From Longimicrobiales bacterium (lineage in GTDB: Bacteria > Gemmatimonadota > Gemmatimonadetes > Longimicrobiales > Gaopeijiaceae), in assembly GCA_963664435.2 (NCBI GenBank), contig CAXXKM010000003.1:960001-1024000 (forward strand): a stretch of DNA of 64,000 bases. The letters run 5' to 3'. A program made the position numbers and the translations under genes. Of the stretch, positions 1-10,420 are shown in pieces (the first letter of the stretch is position 1; every line of letters begins with the position of its first letter). Under the pieces are notes generated by a model. It had not been told where the DNA came from. It did not search any database and saw nothing but the letters and a program-made list of their open reading frames with translations.

Positions 1-1214
<1,214 letters not shown>

Positions 1215-1658
1215 GGGGCGAAGCTCCCGCTTTCTGATGACGTTTCTGAACGGGTCGTTGCCGCCGCGGTCACAAGTCCTCGGCAGCCGGGACCGACGGC
1301 CGGGACCGACGGCCGGGTCGGCGGAGTCGAAGCATCGGTCCCCCGTTGGGCTCATGTCCGGCCCTGCCGGGCGTTTTACTTGCGCAAACCCCGCCAGGAT
1401 CCCATTGTGACGGATTGCTTTACCATTTTGTCCCTGCCGTTCAGTGTTGCGGGGCCCCTTCCCGCGATGGCGGGAAAGCCTTCCCCGACCGCCCGGCCCG
1501 TTGTTCCCCCCAGCCGTGGTCACCGCCGAGGAGCAGCTATCGACTGATCCGATACCGAACCAGACAACGGCCCCTCCGGGGACGCACGGCACGCTCCGCG
1601 TGCACGGCGAGCCCGGTCGAGCGTTCTTCCAGCAGGTTCACTCCAGGAAGGAGGCAAT

Positions 1659-2006
1659 GTGGACAAGAATTTTGCAATTGGAACCGTCGTGGTCGCCGTC
1701 GCGCTGCTTGTTCTCGGCTACGTCGAGGGCGCGGTAGGTGTCGGAGAAGCGGCCAACCTTGACCTCAACGGAATCCTTGGCCTCCTCTTTGCCGGAGCAT
1801 TCTACACTCTTGTCCTTGGCTGGAGGGGCGTGGGCAACGCCCAGGACGGCTTCAAGGGCGGAGCAGTGCTCGGCGCTGTGATGAGCTTGATGAGCAATGG
1901 CATCATGAGCGGCGATGCAGTGATGGCACTCGTGGTTGCGGCGGTTGTGACGGGTATAGTCGGTGCCGTGCTGGGTGTTCTCGCAGCCAGAGGAAGCTCC
2001 GGCTGA
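1659..2006 (+). CDS. Small Gly-rich multi-pass membrane protein, unknown function
   Basis: AGGAGG RBS before GTG; about 4 hydrophobic segments in 115 aa. Confidence 0.7.
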   Translation: MDKNFAIGTVVVAVALLVLGYVEGAVGVGEAANLDLNGILGLLFAGAFYTLVLGWRGVGNAQDGFKGGAVLGAVMSLMSNGIMSGDAVMALVVAAVVTGIVGAVLGVLAARGSSG

Positions 2007-2223
2007 TCTCAATCCCTTAGGACGACGGCGGCCGCGGCCCGCAGGGGCCGCCCATACGCTCGGGGCGCGGCCGCCGATCCATCTTCCCCCGCCATACCAT
2101 GTGTTCGGGGGCCCTCTCCTTCCCGGCCTTTCGGTCCTTCGGCTTGCCTCGATGACCCGCCTCGGGTAGCGTGCGCCATCTTCCGATTCGCGTGCGCCGC
2201 TTCTCAAGGACAGGAGTCGCATC

Positions 2224-3675
2224 ATGTCTCTCTCGCCCCGGTTTGCGGCCGTCGCCCTGGCCGCGTTTTCCGCCCTGGCCGCCGCAGGATGCGGCCCCGT
2301 CTCCCAGGCTTCGCCGGCAGCAACCGGTTCCGACGGACCCTCCCATCCAGGGGTCGACGCCGTGTTCGCCGACCTGGACCGGGACGGCCCGGGGGCGGCG
2401 GTGGGAGTCCTGGTCGGGGGCGAAGTGGTTCATCGCGCGGGATACGGCATCGCGCACCTCGATCACGGCGTCCCCATTACACCGGAGACAGTGTTCGACA
2501 TCGCCTCCATCTCCAAGCAGTTCGGGGCGATGGCCGCGCTCCTCCTCGAAAGCGACGGCATGCTGAACCTCGACGAGGACGTGCGCGCCTACGTCCCCGA
2601 ACTCCCCGACTTCGGAGTCCGGATCACGCCGCGGCATCTCATCCATCACACCAGCGGGATTCGCGACTGGGTGCACGTCATGTCGCTCGCAGGGCTGGAG
2701 AGGAGCGACGTCATCTCCTTCGACAGGATCCTGCGCATGCTCTTCGAGCAGCAGGCGGTCAACTTCGATCCCGGCGCCGAGTACGCGTACTCCAACACCG
2801 GCTACAACCTGCTCGCCCGGGTCATCGAGGCGCAGTCGGGGATGAGCTTCCGGGAGTTCACCCGGCAGCGCATCTTCGAGCCCCTGGGAATGAATCGCAC
2901 GCACTTCTCGGACGATCATCTTGAGGTGGTGCCGGGTCGGGCCGAGTCGTATGCGCCCGACGGAGCCGCGGGCTTCGTGCGCCAGCCCAACCAGCTGACC
3001 GCGCTGGCTTCCAGTTCGCTCAACACCACCATCGACGACTTCATCCTGTGGATGCGCAACTACGAGACCGGCGAAGTCGGCGGCGAGGAGTTGGTGAGGA
3101 CCATGCGCGAACAGGGCGTGCTCACGGACGGCGAGACGCTGGCCTACGCGCACGGGCTCACGATCGGCCGATACCGCGGGCTGCCCAACTTCGGCCACGG
3201 CGGCTCGTGGGCCGGATACCGCACCAACTTCGTGCGCTTCCCGGAGCAGGATCTGTCGATCGCCGTGTTCTGCAACGTGTCGGATTGCGACCCGTCCGGG
3301 CGCGCACTGCGGGTCGCGGAGGTGTTCGCCGGGGAGCTGATGGGCCCGCCACCCGAGCCGGTTGGCACCGCCGAAATCACCGACGCCCCGCCGGCCACGC
3401 CGGCGGAAGCCCAACTGCGCGAATACGCCGGGCACTACCGGAGCCCCGAGATCGACATGACCTACGAGATCGCGGTTGACGGCGGCAGCCTGGTCGCCCG
3501 CCACTGGCGCACCGAACCGGCGGTGCTGGCGCCGACCGGCGAGGACGCCTTCTCCGGCGACCCGCGCCGCTTCCCGGAGCTCCGCTTCCGGCGGGACGGA
3601 TCGGGCCGGGTGGTGGCCTTCACGGTCACCGGGGGGCGCGTGCGCGACCTGATCTTCGAGCGGGTGGGGGGATAG
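2224..3675 (+). CDS. Serine hydrolase, beta-lactamase/AmpC-like lipoprotein with a C-terminal extra domain
   Basis: SISK (SxxK), YSN and HGG motifs; lipobox AAAGC; AGGAG RBS. Confidence 0.9.
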   Translation: MSLSPRFAAVALAAFSALAAAGCGPVSQASPAATGSDGPSHPGVDAVFADLDRDGPGAAVGVLVGGEVVHRAGYGIAHLDHGVPITPETVFDIASISKQFGAMAALLLESDGMLNLDEDVRAYVPELPDFGVRITPRHLIHHTSGIRDWVHVMSLAGLERSDVISFDRILRMLFEQQAVNFDPGAEYAYSNTGYNLLARVIEAQSGMSFREFTRQRIFEPLGMNRTHFSDDHLEVVPGRAESYAPDGAAGFVRQPNQLTALASSSLNTTIDDFILWMRNYETGEVGGEELVRTMREQGVLTDGETLAYAHGLTIGRYRGLPNFGHGGSWAGYRTNFVRFPEQDLSIAVFCNVSDCDPSGRALRVAEVFAGELMGPPPEPVGTAEITDAPPATPAEAQLREYAGHYRSPEIDMTYEIAVDGGSLVARHWRTEPAVLAPTGEDAFSGDPRRFPELRFRRDGSGRVVAFTVTGGRVRDLIFERVGG

Positions 3676-3709
3676 GTCGAGTGGCCCTCCCCCGAAGCGG
3701 GCGCTTCCG

Positions 3710-4486
3710 CTAAGCCAGCCCGCCGTCCACGAGCAGGCTTTCGCCGGTGACGTAGGACGACGCGTCCGAGATCAGGAAGGCCACCGCCTCGGCCACCTCG
3801 CGGGTGCGCGCGGGCCGGCCGGCGGGGATGGTGGCGCGCGTGGCCTCATCGACCGGGTAGCTGTCCACGTAGCCGGGCAGGACGTCGTTCATGCGGATGC
3901 CGTCGGCGGCGTGGCGCGTGGCGTACATGCGGGTGAAGGCGCCCAGCCCCGCCCGGATCGCCGACGAGATCGGGAAGGCGGCGGTCGGCTGCTTCGCCCC
4001 GAAGGTGGAGATGTTCACGATGGAGCCCCCGCCCCCGGCCTTCAGGATGGGCGTGACCAAGCGGCTCATGCGCACGACGTTGAGGAGCAGCAGATCCAGA
4101 CCGTCGTGCCACGCGCGGTCGGCGAGGGCGAGCAGGTCGCCGCGCGCGGCGTGCCCGGTGTTGTTGACCACCCCGTCCAGGCGACCGAAGCGGTCGAGCG
4201 CGCCGTCCACCAGGCGGGCCAGGTCGTCCGGTTCGGTTACCGACCCCCGGATGCCCCATCCCCCCAGCCGCCCCGCCAGCTCGCGCGCCTCCGCCGACCG
4301 CGACATGAGCGCCACCCGGTAGCCGCGCTCGGTGAGCACCTCGGCACAGGCCGCCCCCATCCCCCGGCCGGCCGCGGTGACCAGCGCGACGGGCGCACCG
4401 GTGGACCCGACGGGCACATCGCTGGACCCGACGGGCGCCCCGGTGGGTCTCCCGGGCGCGCCGGTGGAGCTGCCGGGCGCACTCAC
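3710..4486 (-). CDS. SDR family oxidoreductase (atypical active site)
   Basis: VALVTAAGRGMG Rossmann motif, VVNNTG, C-terminal SYVTGESLLVDGG. Start placed at GTG 4486 (uncertain); the track's longer ORF overlaps the divergent gene. Confidence 0.82.
   Translation of the reverse strand: MSAPGSSTGAPGRPTGAPVGSSDVPVGSTGAPVALVTAAGRGMGAACAEVLTERGYRVALMSRSAEARELAGRLGGWGIRGSVTEPDDLARLVDGALDRFGRLDGVVNNTGHAARGDLLALADRAWHDGLDLLLLNVVRMSRLVTPILKAGGGGSIVNISTFGAKQPTAAFPISSAIRAGLGAFTRMYATRHAADGIRMNDVLPGYVDSYPVDEATRATIPAGRPARTREVAEAVAFLISDASSYVTGESLLVDGGLA
4391..4480. repeat. Degenerate 21-bp tandem repeat, about 4.3 copies
   Basis: gggcgcaccggtggacccgac / gggcacatcgctggacccgac / gggcgccccggtgggtctccc / gggcgcgccggtggagctgcc / gggcgc. 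Confidence 0.85.
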
Positions 4487-4642
4487 GGGACGCGCACCCG
4501 CGAGAAGGCCCGCCCGACCCGCGCCCGGCCACGCAGACTCGGCCGGTGGGCCGGCGACCCGGGTGAACGCGCGAATCCTCCGCCGGGTAGGAGCGTATCG
4601 GGAGTTGGATTCCCATCCCGCCACCCACAACCGGACGGAACG

Positions 4643-5008
4643 GTGCGCAAGCTCCTTCTCGCACTCGGCATCAACGCGGCCGCGCTCTGGGCGGCGGCGG
4701 AACTGGTCGCGGGCATCCAGCTCGGCGACCGGTTCGAGGAGGTCGTGGTGGTCGCGGCGATCTTCGCGCTGGTAAACGCCTTCATCAGGCCGGTGGTGAA
4801 GTTCTTCGCCTTCCCCGTCATCCTCCTCACCCTGGGACTCTTCACCCTCGTCATCAACGCAGGCATGCTCATGCTCGCCGACTGGCTGGCGGACGGTCTG
4901 GTCGTGGCCGGATTCACGTCGGCTCTCCTGGGCAGCCTGGTCATCTCGTTCGTGAGCGTGGTGCTGGGGTCCGTCCTGGACGTGAAGGGGAAGCGGAAGC
5001 GGAAATAG
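4643..5008 (+). CDS. YvlD-like membrane protein (annotated as 'phage holin family'; common chromosomal gene)
   Basis: NAAALW...ALVNAFIRPVVKFFAFPVILLTLGLFTLVINAGML pattern; GTG start at 4643. Confidence 0.85.
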   Translation: MRKLLLALGINAAALWAAAELVAGIQLGDRFEEVVVVAAIFALVNAFIRPVVKFFAFPVILLTLGLFTLVINAGMLMLADWLADGLVVAGFTSALLGSLVISFVSVVLGSVLDVKGKRKRK

Positions 5009-5096
5009 CGGCGGTCGGCAAGGCTCGCGCACGTTCGTGCCGAACGCGACGATTCCGCCATCGGTGCGTCGAACCAGCTTCGGCCGGACATCCCGA

Positions 5097-5657
5097 TCAC
5101 GGTACGACCGGATAGTACCACACCCGCTGGATGAGCCCGTCGCGCACGTGGTAGACGGCGAGCGAGGCCTGCGACCGCGCCTCCCCGTCCGGGGCCGTCC
5201 AGGATGCCCGTTCGCGCACCGCGACGAAGTCCCCGGTGACCATCGTGTCTTCGATCTCCGACCGCACCGTGGGCTGTGCCTCGAAGTAGGTCGCCATGTA
5301 GTCGCGCAGCATCTCCCGGCCGCGAACCTCGACCGAGGTGATGCTCCCCTGCACGTTCACCCACTCCACGGCGGGCGACACCCACGCCAACAGATCCTCG
5401 GCGTCGTGCCGGTTGAAGGCATCCATGTGCCCCTGCACCACCGTCAGGGGCCCGTCAACCTCGGCATCGCCCTCCGAATCGGACGGCGCCCCGCACGCGG
5501 CGCCGGCTCCACCGGCCGCGAGGGCCGCGCCGACCGCGAGCAACATCGCCGGAGCCCTTCTGCGCACGCGGTCCCCGATCGGCCTCCGCCCGCGCAATCC
5601 GGGATCCCGGTTCCGATGATGCCGATTTCGTCCGGGTTCCGCCGCGCTCCCGCTCAT
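5097..5657 (-). CDS. SnoaL/NTF2-like protein, probably exported or lipoprotein
   Basis: VVQGHMDAFNRHDAE...VRGREMLRDY...AVYHVRDGLIQRVW; ATGA overlap with the HAD stop. Confidence 0.8.
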   Translation of the reverse strand: MSGSAAEPGRNRHHRNRDPGLRGRRPIGDRVRRRAPAMLLAVGAALAAGGAGAACGAPSDSEGDAEVDGPLTVVQGHMDAFNRHDAEDLLAWVSPAVEWVNVQGSITSVEVRGREMLRDYMATYFEAQPTVRSEIEDTMVTGDFVAVRERASWTAPDGEARSQASLAVYHVRDGLIQRVWYYPVVP

Positions 5658-6367
5658 CCGTCGTCCTCTCCCAGAACCATCTCCGCCAGCGACCGCAGAT
5701 CCGGCACCTCCAGATCGGGACGGGCGCTCACCGGCATGGTAGCCCCCGATCCGCCATGGGGGGAGACCCGGTTCACATGCACCGTGGCGAATCCGAGGCG
5801 TTTTGCCGGGGCGACGTCGTGGAACAGGCTCTGGGCGACATGCAGGATGGCATCGGTCGGCAGGGCGAGCCGCCTGAGCGCCAGCTCGAAGTTGCGCGCA
5901 TCGGGCTTGTAACTGCCCACCTGCTGGGCCGTGACGACTTCGTCGAATTCGACCCCCAGGCGGCGCTGCGAGAAGGCGAACAGGTCGTCGTCCACGTTCG
6001 AGATCACCGCCAGGCGATAGCGCGACGCGAGGATGCGCAGCGCATCAACGGTGTCGTCGAAGGGAGACCAGCGCGCGACCGACTCGGGAAGCGAAGCGCG
6101 TTCTCCGGGGCTGGGGACGAACCCCAGCGCGCGCCCGAACTCGTCCACCACCCGGGAGAGCACATCGCGGTAGGTGCGGTATGGACCGGCCTGGATGGAC
6201 GACTCGAAACGAGCGAAGTGCTCCAGGATCTCCGCGGGAGTCAGTTCGCGGCCGTGCGCGACCAGCACCCGCTGGACGGCCTCCAGAATCCCGCTCTCCC
6301 AGTCGATGAGCGTCCCGTAGCAATCGAAGGTGAGGACCTCGAAGGAGGAGAGTTTCATCGCTTGCAC
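5654..6367 (-). CDS. Haloacid dehalogenase type II-like HAD hydrolase
   Basis: TFDCYGTLIDWE motif I, ISN, YKPD, HVAQSLFHD. Start may be ATG 6358. Confidence 0.9.
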   Translation of the reverse strand: MQAMKLSSFEVLTFDCYGTLIDWESGILEAVQRVLVAHGRELTPAEILEHFARFESSIQAGPYRTYRDVLSRVVDEFGRALGFVPSPGERASLPESVARWSPFDDTVDALRILASRYRLAVISNVDDDLFAFSQRRLGVEFDEVVTAQQVGSYKPDARNFELALRRLALPTDAILHVAQSLFHDVAPAKRLGFATVHVNRVSPHGGSGATMPVSARPDLEVPDLRSLAEMVLGEDDG

Positions 6368-6371
6368 CGCC

Positions 6372-6599
6372 TCATCGCTTTCTCTGCGCGCGCCGTTGCC
6401 GCGAGCGCGCCACGGCCTCCCCTACCAGCGGCCCGGCCAACCCGCCGATGGTGCCGCCCAGGACCATCATGAACCCCAGCGGCCCGAGGGTCGGGACCAG
6501 GCCCACCCCCGAGCTGATCGCCTGGTAGACGCTCGCCACCCCGAAGGCGAGCGCGCCCGTCAGGAACCCGATCAGGGTGCGTCGCACGATTCGGTTCAT
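6372..6599 (-). CDS. Small two-TM membrane protein
   Basis: Two hydrophobic helices and a basic tail; start overlaps the cytochrome c stop (ATGA). Confidence 0.7.
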   Translation of the reverse strand: MNRIVRRTLIGFLTGALAFGVASVYQAISSGVGLVPTLGPLGFMMVLGGTIGGLAGPLVGEAVARSRQRRAQRKR

Positions 6600-6979
6600 C
6601 GACCCTCTCCCGTTGTGGTCTGTTCAAGGACTGCGCCGCCCTCGCCCGATCCGTCGGCCAGCCCGCGCGTCTCGAGCAGATAGCGCGCGGTCGCCTGGTA
6701 CTCCGCATCGGTCATGGTTCCGGGGGCCTCGTAGGGCATCGCCAGCCGCAGGTATCGAGTCAGCGTCGCCTCGTCAGAGCGGGACGCCAGGGTCTCGGCG
6801 GTGATCGCGGCCCCGACCTGCCCCTCCACGTCGTGGCAGAAGGCGCACCGCTGGGCGTACACGAGGGCGCCGTCGACCTCGGGGGCATCGCTGCAGCCCA
6901 CCAGCAGTGCGGCGGTGGAGAGGGCAGCCCCGGCCAGGACAGGTGGCACGATCGTTCGCCGCCGGCCCGTCATCGCCAT
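6596..6979 (-). CDS. Monohaem c-type cytochrome, lipoprotein
   Basis: CAFCH haem motif, distal AMP Met, lipobox LLVGC; GGAGGTGA RBS 7 nt before ATG 6979. Confidence 0.85.
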   Translation of the reverse strand: MAMTGRRRTIVPPVLAGAALSTAALLVGCSDAPEVDGALVYAQRCAFCHDVEGQVGAAITAETLASRSDEATLTRYLRLAMPYEAPGTMTDAEYQATARYLLETRGLADGSGEGGAVLEQTTTGEGR

Positions 6980-7118
6980 CCGGCCATCACCTCCAGCCGG
7001 CCCATCGCCGCCGGCATCCACACTTCCCTGCCCGTCACCGGCAGCGGCCCGCGATCCCCAACCAACCTGTCACCTCGACTCGGTGCGGTTGATCGCATCC
7101 GCCGCGCTCCCCCCAACC

Positions 7119-8372
7119 TCAACTCACCTCGACCGGGTGCGGAAGCGCCAGGTTGAGCAGATAGCCCTTCTGGTTCCAGACTGCTTCCATGGGCTGGGTG
7201 TTCCCGGCCGCGTCGGTCGCGCGGGTCCGCAGCGTGTAGGCGCCGGGCGCGGCCTGCCACTCGAACTCGAAGCGCATCCAGGCGTAGCGCAGGCGAGGTC
7301 CTATCAGGCGGGCGGGCGACCAGCTGGCCCCGTCGTCCGCGCTCCATTCCACCGACTCGATGGGGCCGTCGTTCGAGTAGGCGAAGCCGCGGATCCGTTG
7401 CCGGCCGACGGTTACGCTCGCCGGCCACGGGAGCGCCAGCGCGCTCTTCACGGGCAGCGTCGTGACCGGGGCTCCGTCGGCGGGCGCGTACCGCTCGGCC
7501 GGCCAGTCCGGGCCGATCAGGACGTACGAGCTGGTGTTGGCCCGCACCCAGACCGGCTCGGTGGACACCTGGATCTCCCCCACCCACTTGATGCTGTTGC
7601 TCCCGGCCCAGCCGGGGACAACCCCGCGCACGGGGAATCCGTGGTCGGGGGGCAGTGGCTCGCCGTTCATCGACAGCGCGAGCAGGGTGTCCGGGTCCAT
7701 CGCCTTGGCGACATCCATGGGCCGGCTGAAGCCTCCGTCGTCGAGGCCCACGAGGTTCACCGCCACCGCCTCCGGCCGCAGTCCGGCCGCCTCGAGCACC
7801 CCCGCCAGCGACGGCCCCGACCACGCCGCGCATCCGACCGCCCCCGTGCTCCACTGCGTGCCCTCGGCCGCCTGTCCCGTCACGCGCGCGTAGAAGCCGC
7901 GCCAGTTGCCTGCGCACTCCAGGTACGCGACCACCGACTGGCTCGGCAGGGCGCGCAGGTCGTCGAGGCCGAGCTCGATGCTCCGTTCGATGCCGTCGCC
8001 CGTGACCCGCAGCCGGTAGTCGTCGGCCGCGATCGCCGGGGTCGGGGCGTGGTTGCGCACGAAGAAGAGGTCGTTGGGGGTGATCAGCCCGTCCAGCAGC
8101 TCCAGCCGGCTCTCGAGGTTGGTGGCGTGGCGGATGAAGGGATCGGGATCCTTGACCCATGCTGTATCGATTTCCGGATCGACGGCACCGGTCTCGGAGC
8201 GGCACCCCGGCAGAAGGGCCGATGCCCCGCCCGCGGCCAGGAGCGCCCCGAACTGGCGGCGGGAGAGCGTTGCGTCCGCCAGAACGGACCACGGCTGCGC
8301 GCCCGCCTCCCCCCGGGTTGCCGCCGATTCACCTTTGATCGCGGCGTCCCGCAACCCCGGTCCGACGCTCAC
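7119..8372 (-). CDS. Sulfite oxidase family molybdopterin oxidoreductase (SorA/SoxC-like), Tat lipoprotein
   Basis: FFVRNH, LECAGN (Mo-ligating Cys), DHGFPVR, SIKW, C-terminal dimerisation domain; SRRQFG Tat motif and LLPGC. GTG 8372 overlaps the upstream TGA. Confidence 0.9.
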   Translation of the reverse strand: MSVGPGLRDAAIKGESAATRGEAGAQPWSVLADATLSRRQFGALLAAGGASALLPGCRSETGAVDPEIDTAWVKDPDPFIRHATNLESRLELLDGLITPNDLFFVRNHAPTPAIAADDYRLRVTGDGIERSIELGLDDLRALPSQSVVAYLECAGNWRGFYARVTGQAAEGTQWSTGAVGCAAWSGPSLAGVLEAAGLRPEAVAVNLVGLDDGGFSRPMDVAKAMDPDTLLALSMNGEPLPPDHGFPVRGVVPGWAGSNSIKWVGEIQVSTEPVWVRANTSSYVLIGPDWPAERYAPADGAPVTTLPVKSALALPWPASVTVGRQRIRGFAYSNDGPIESVEWSADDGASWSPARLIGPRLRYAWMRFEFEWQAAPGAYTLRTRATDAAGNTQPMEAVWNQKGYLLNLALPHPVEVS

Positions 8373-8827
8373 GACACGATCTCGATTTCGAGTTCGGTGG
8401 AGAACTCGACGCACCCGACCATGGTTCGGTAGACCGGACAATACGGATGGTGAACATCGTGCGCCCGCCGCGCCTGCTCTTCCTTTCCGGCCTCCATTCT
8501 CAGGTGGTAGCGCACATGAACGGTGCGAATCACGAGCACCCCGTCCTCCTTGTCGATGCCTCCCTCGACTTCCGAGGTCAGGCGATCCTGCCCTGCCGGT
8601 ATCCCGCGCGCCTCCAGCGCGCCGCCAAGGGTGCCCGTGAGTCAGCCGCCGGCCGCCGCCACGATGTAGTCGAGGGTGGTGGCCACCGGGGTCTCGGGCT
8701 CGACGCCGTAGTGGCTGGCGATCTCGCTGTGCACCCCGAACAGGACCGGGTCGTGGGTGGCGGGAAGATGCGCGTGGCGCAGCGGACCCTGCTTGCGCTC
8801 GATGCGAACTCTGGAGGTGTAGACCAC
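8369..8827 (-). CDS. OsmC/Ohr-like selenoprotein (UGA at 8642-8644 read as Sec62), 152 aa
   Basis: Frame continues past TGA: ...TLDYIVAAAGG-U-LTGTLGGALEARGI...VIRTVHVRYHL...HHPYCPVYRTMVGCVEFSTELEIEIVS*. U sits at the first OsmC Cys position and CPV is the second Cys motif; AGGAG RBS; hairpin downstream. Confidence 0.85.
8603..8631 (-). promoter_or_regulatory. Candidate bacterial SECIS element
   Basis: mRNA GCGCGC-UGGAG-GCGCGC; loop begins 25 nt after the UGA with G in the second loop position; possible lower CCC/GGG pairing. Confidence 0.6.
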
Positions 8828-8863
8828 GGCGTTTTCTCCTATGCCGGCAATTGTCCGGCGGCT

Positions 8864-8942
8864 GGCGGGTTGCGGGGCTGCGGACGGTTCAGGGGATTCC
8901 GGGCGGGTTGCGGGCTGGGCGTTTCAGGGGATTCCCGGCGGG
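8864..8942. repeat. Imperfect ~36-bp tandem duplication, intergenic
   Basis: ggcgggttgcggg...ttcaggggattcc occurs twice, followed by ggcggg. Confidence 0.75.
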
Positions 8943-8973
8943 CGGCCGTGCGACCTGGACGGCGTCGGCACGG

Positions 8974-10176
8974 CTACGCGGCGACCGCGCGCGACCCGAG
9001 CTCGCCCATGGCGGCGTCGACCGCGGCGGCGGTGTCGACCGCGCATCCGCTCGCCCCCAGAGCATCCCCCACCGCGCGGATGGTACGCCTCAGCAGGTCC
9101 GGCCGGGTTGTTACATATCCCATGTGTCCCACCCGGAAGTACCGGTCGGCCATCGCGGGGTGGAGACCGGCCGCGACGATCACGCCCCGCTCGACGATCC
9201 GCCCCACCAGGGAGGCGTCGACCCCATCGGGATAGCGGACCGCGCTCAGGGTATTCGCGCAGTGGGCATCGCTGGCGGGGACCATGCCGAGCCCCATGCG
9301 CGCCCAGGCCGCGCGCATTGCGCGACCCGTGCGGGCATGGCGCTCGATGCGGGCATCCACCCCCTCGAGCCCGTCGACGCGATCATCCAGGATCTCTCCC
9401 AGCGCCACCTCGGCCGCGACCACCAGGTTGGTGGCCGGGGTGGCGAAATAGCTCATCGCGCCCGCCTCATGGGTGTCCATGATGGGCAGCCAGACGTTCC
9501 AGTCGAGGTACAGGGGACAAGGGGTGCGGCGCTTCCGGCTCGCCTCCATCGCGCGCGGGCCGGCGACGAAGAGCGCGAGCCCGGGCGGGAGCCCCATCGC
9601 CTTCTGGGAGGCGGTGAAGTAGACGTCGGCGCCCCATTCGGACATCTCGAAGACCTCCGCCCCGGTGGCACAGACGCCATCGAAAACGGACAACACCCCG
9701 CGCGAGCGCGCGAGTGCCGCCAGGCCGGCCGGATCGACGAGCACGCCCGTCGAGGTGTCGACATGGGTGGCGAACAGCGCCCTGGCCGCGCAGGCGTCCA
9801 GCGCCGCCTCCACCTCCTCCAGCCCCGGCCGCTCGCCCGGCGGACGGGCAACCGAATGGACCTTCACCCCCCGGTGTTCGAGCACCAGCCGCATGCGGTC
9901 GGCGAAGTAGCCCGTGTCCACGAGCAGGGCCTCGTCGCCCGGATCGAGCAGGTTCACCGCCGCCATGTCCATCGCCAGCGTGCCGCTGCCCGCGATCAGG
10001 AAGGGCTGGGCGCCCTCCCCGGCGCGCCACACCTCGCGCATCCGGCTCAGCGAGGCTCCGAGCGCCTTCACCGCGAAGGGCTGTCCGTGCCCGGGCGGCG
10101 GAATCGAAAAGGCGCGCAGGACTTCCGGGGAAACCTCGATGGGTCCGGGGATCATCAGCAGGGGACGTTCGCTCAT
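8974..10176 (-). CDS. Class V PLP aminotransferase (alanine-glyoxylate/serine-pyruvate type)
   Basis: LLMIPGP, GSGTLAM, HVDTSTG, TASQKAMG (PLP Lys), FRVGHMG. Confidence 0.9.
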   Translation of the reverse strand: MSERPLLMIPGPIEVSPEVLRAFSIPPPGHGQPFAVKALGASLSRMREVWRAGEGAQPFLIAGSGTLAMDMAAVNLLDPGDEALLVDTGYFADRMRLVLEHRGVKVHSVARPPGERPGLEEVEAALDACAARALFATHVDTSTGVLVDPAGLAALARSRGVLSVFDGVCATGAEVFEMSEWGADVYFTASQKAMGLPPGLALFVAGPRAMEASRKRRTPCPLYLDWNVWLPIMDTHEAGAMSYFATPATNLVVAAEVALGEILDDRVDGLEGVDARIERHARTGRAMRAAWARMGLGMVPASDAHCANTLSAVRYPDGVDASLVGRIVERGVIVAAGLHPAMADRYFRVGHMGYVTTRPDLLRRTIRAVGDALGASGCAVDTAAAVDAAMGELGSRAVAA

Positions 10177-10420
10177 GGCACCTGGCAAACGGTTCGAGTC
10201 CGGAGGAGGCCGGGACAGACAATCTTGCCTCTCCCGGTGCCGAAGCTAACCAATCCGGCGGACCCCGGGAAAGCCGTTCGCGGTCCCGTATCGAGTGCGT
10301 ACCGGTGCACCAGCCCGCGCCGTGATGCCGCCAACCTGCCATTCCCCCCGGGCTTTCTGTTCTTCCCCGCGCTGCCCATTATGCCCGGCGGACGCCCTCC
10401 ATCATCCAGCGGAGAAACCC

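Noticed and set aside
4391..4480. Repeats as a CRISPR array
   Set aside because: Units are contiguous and degenerate with no spacers; no cas genes in the window.
4643..5008. 'Holin' as evidence of a prophage
   Set aside because: YvlD-type genes are ordinary chromosomal genes, and no phage genes are nearby.
8642..8827. 61-aa protein or pseudogene
   Set aside because: Better explained as the N-terminal part of a Sec read-through gene.
10189..10205. GGTTCGAGTCC T-loop-like motif as a tRNA fragment or att site
   Set aside because: Only 3 bp of stem, no cloverleaf, and no integrase nearby.
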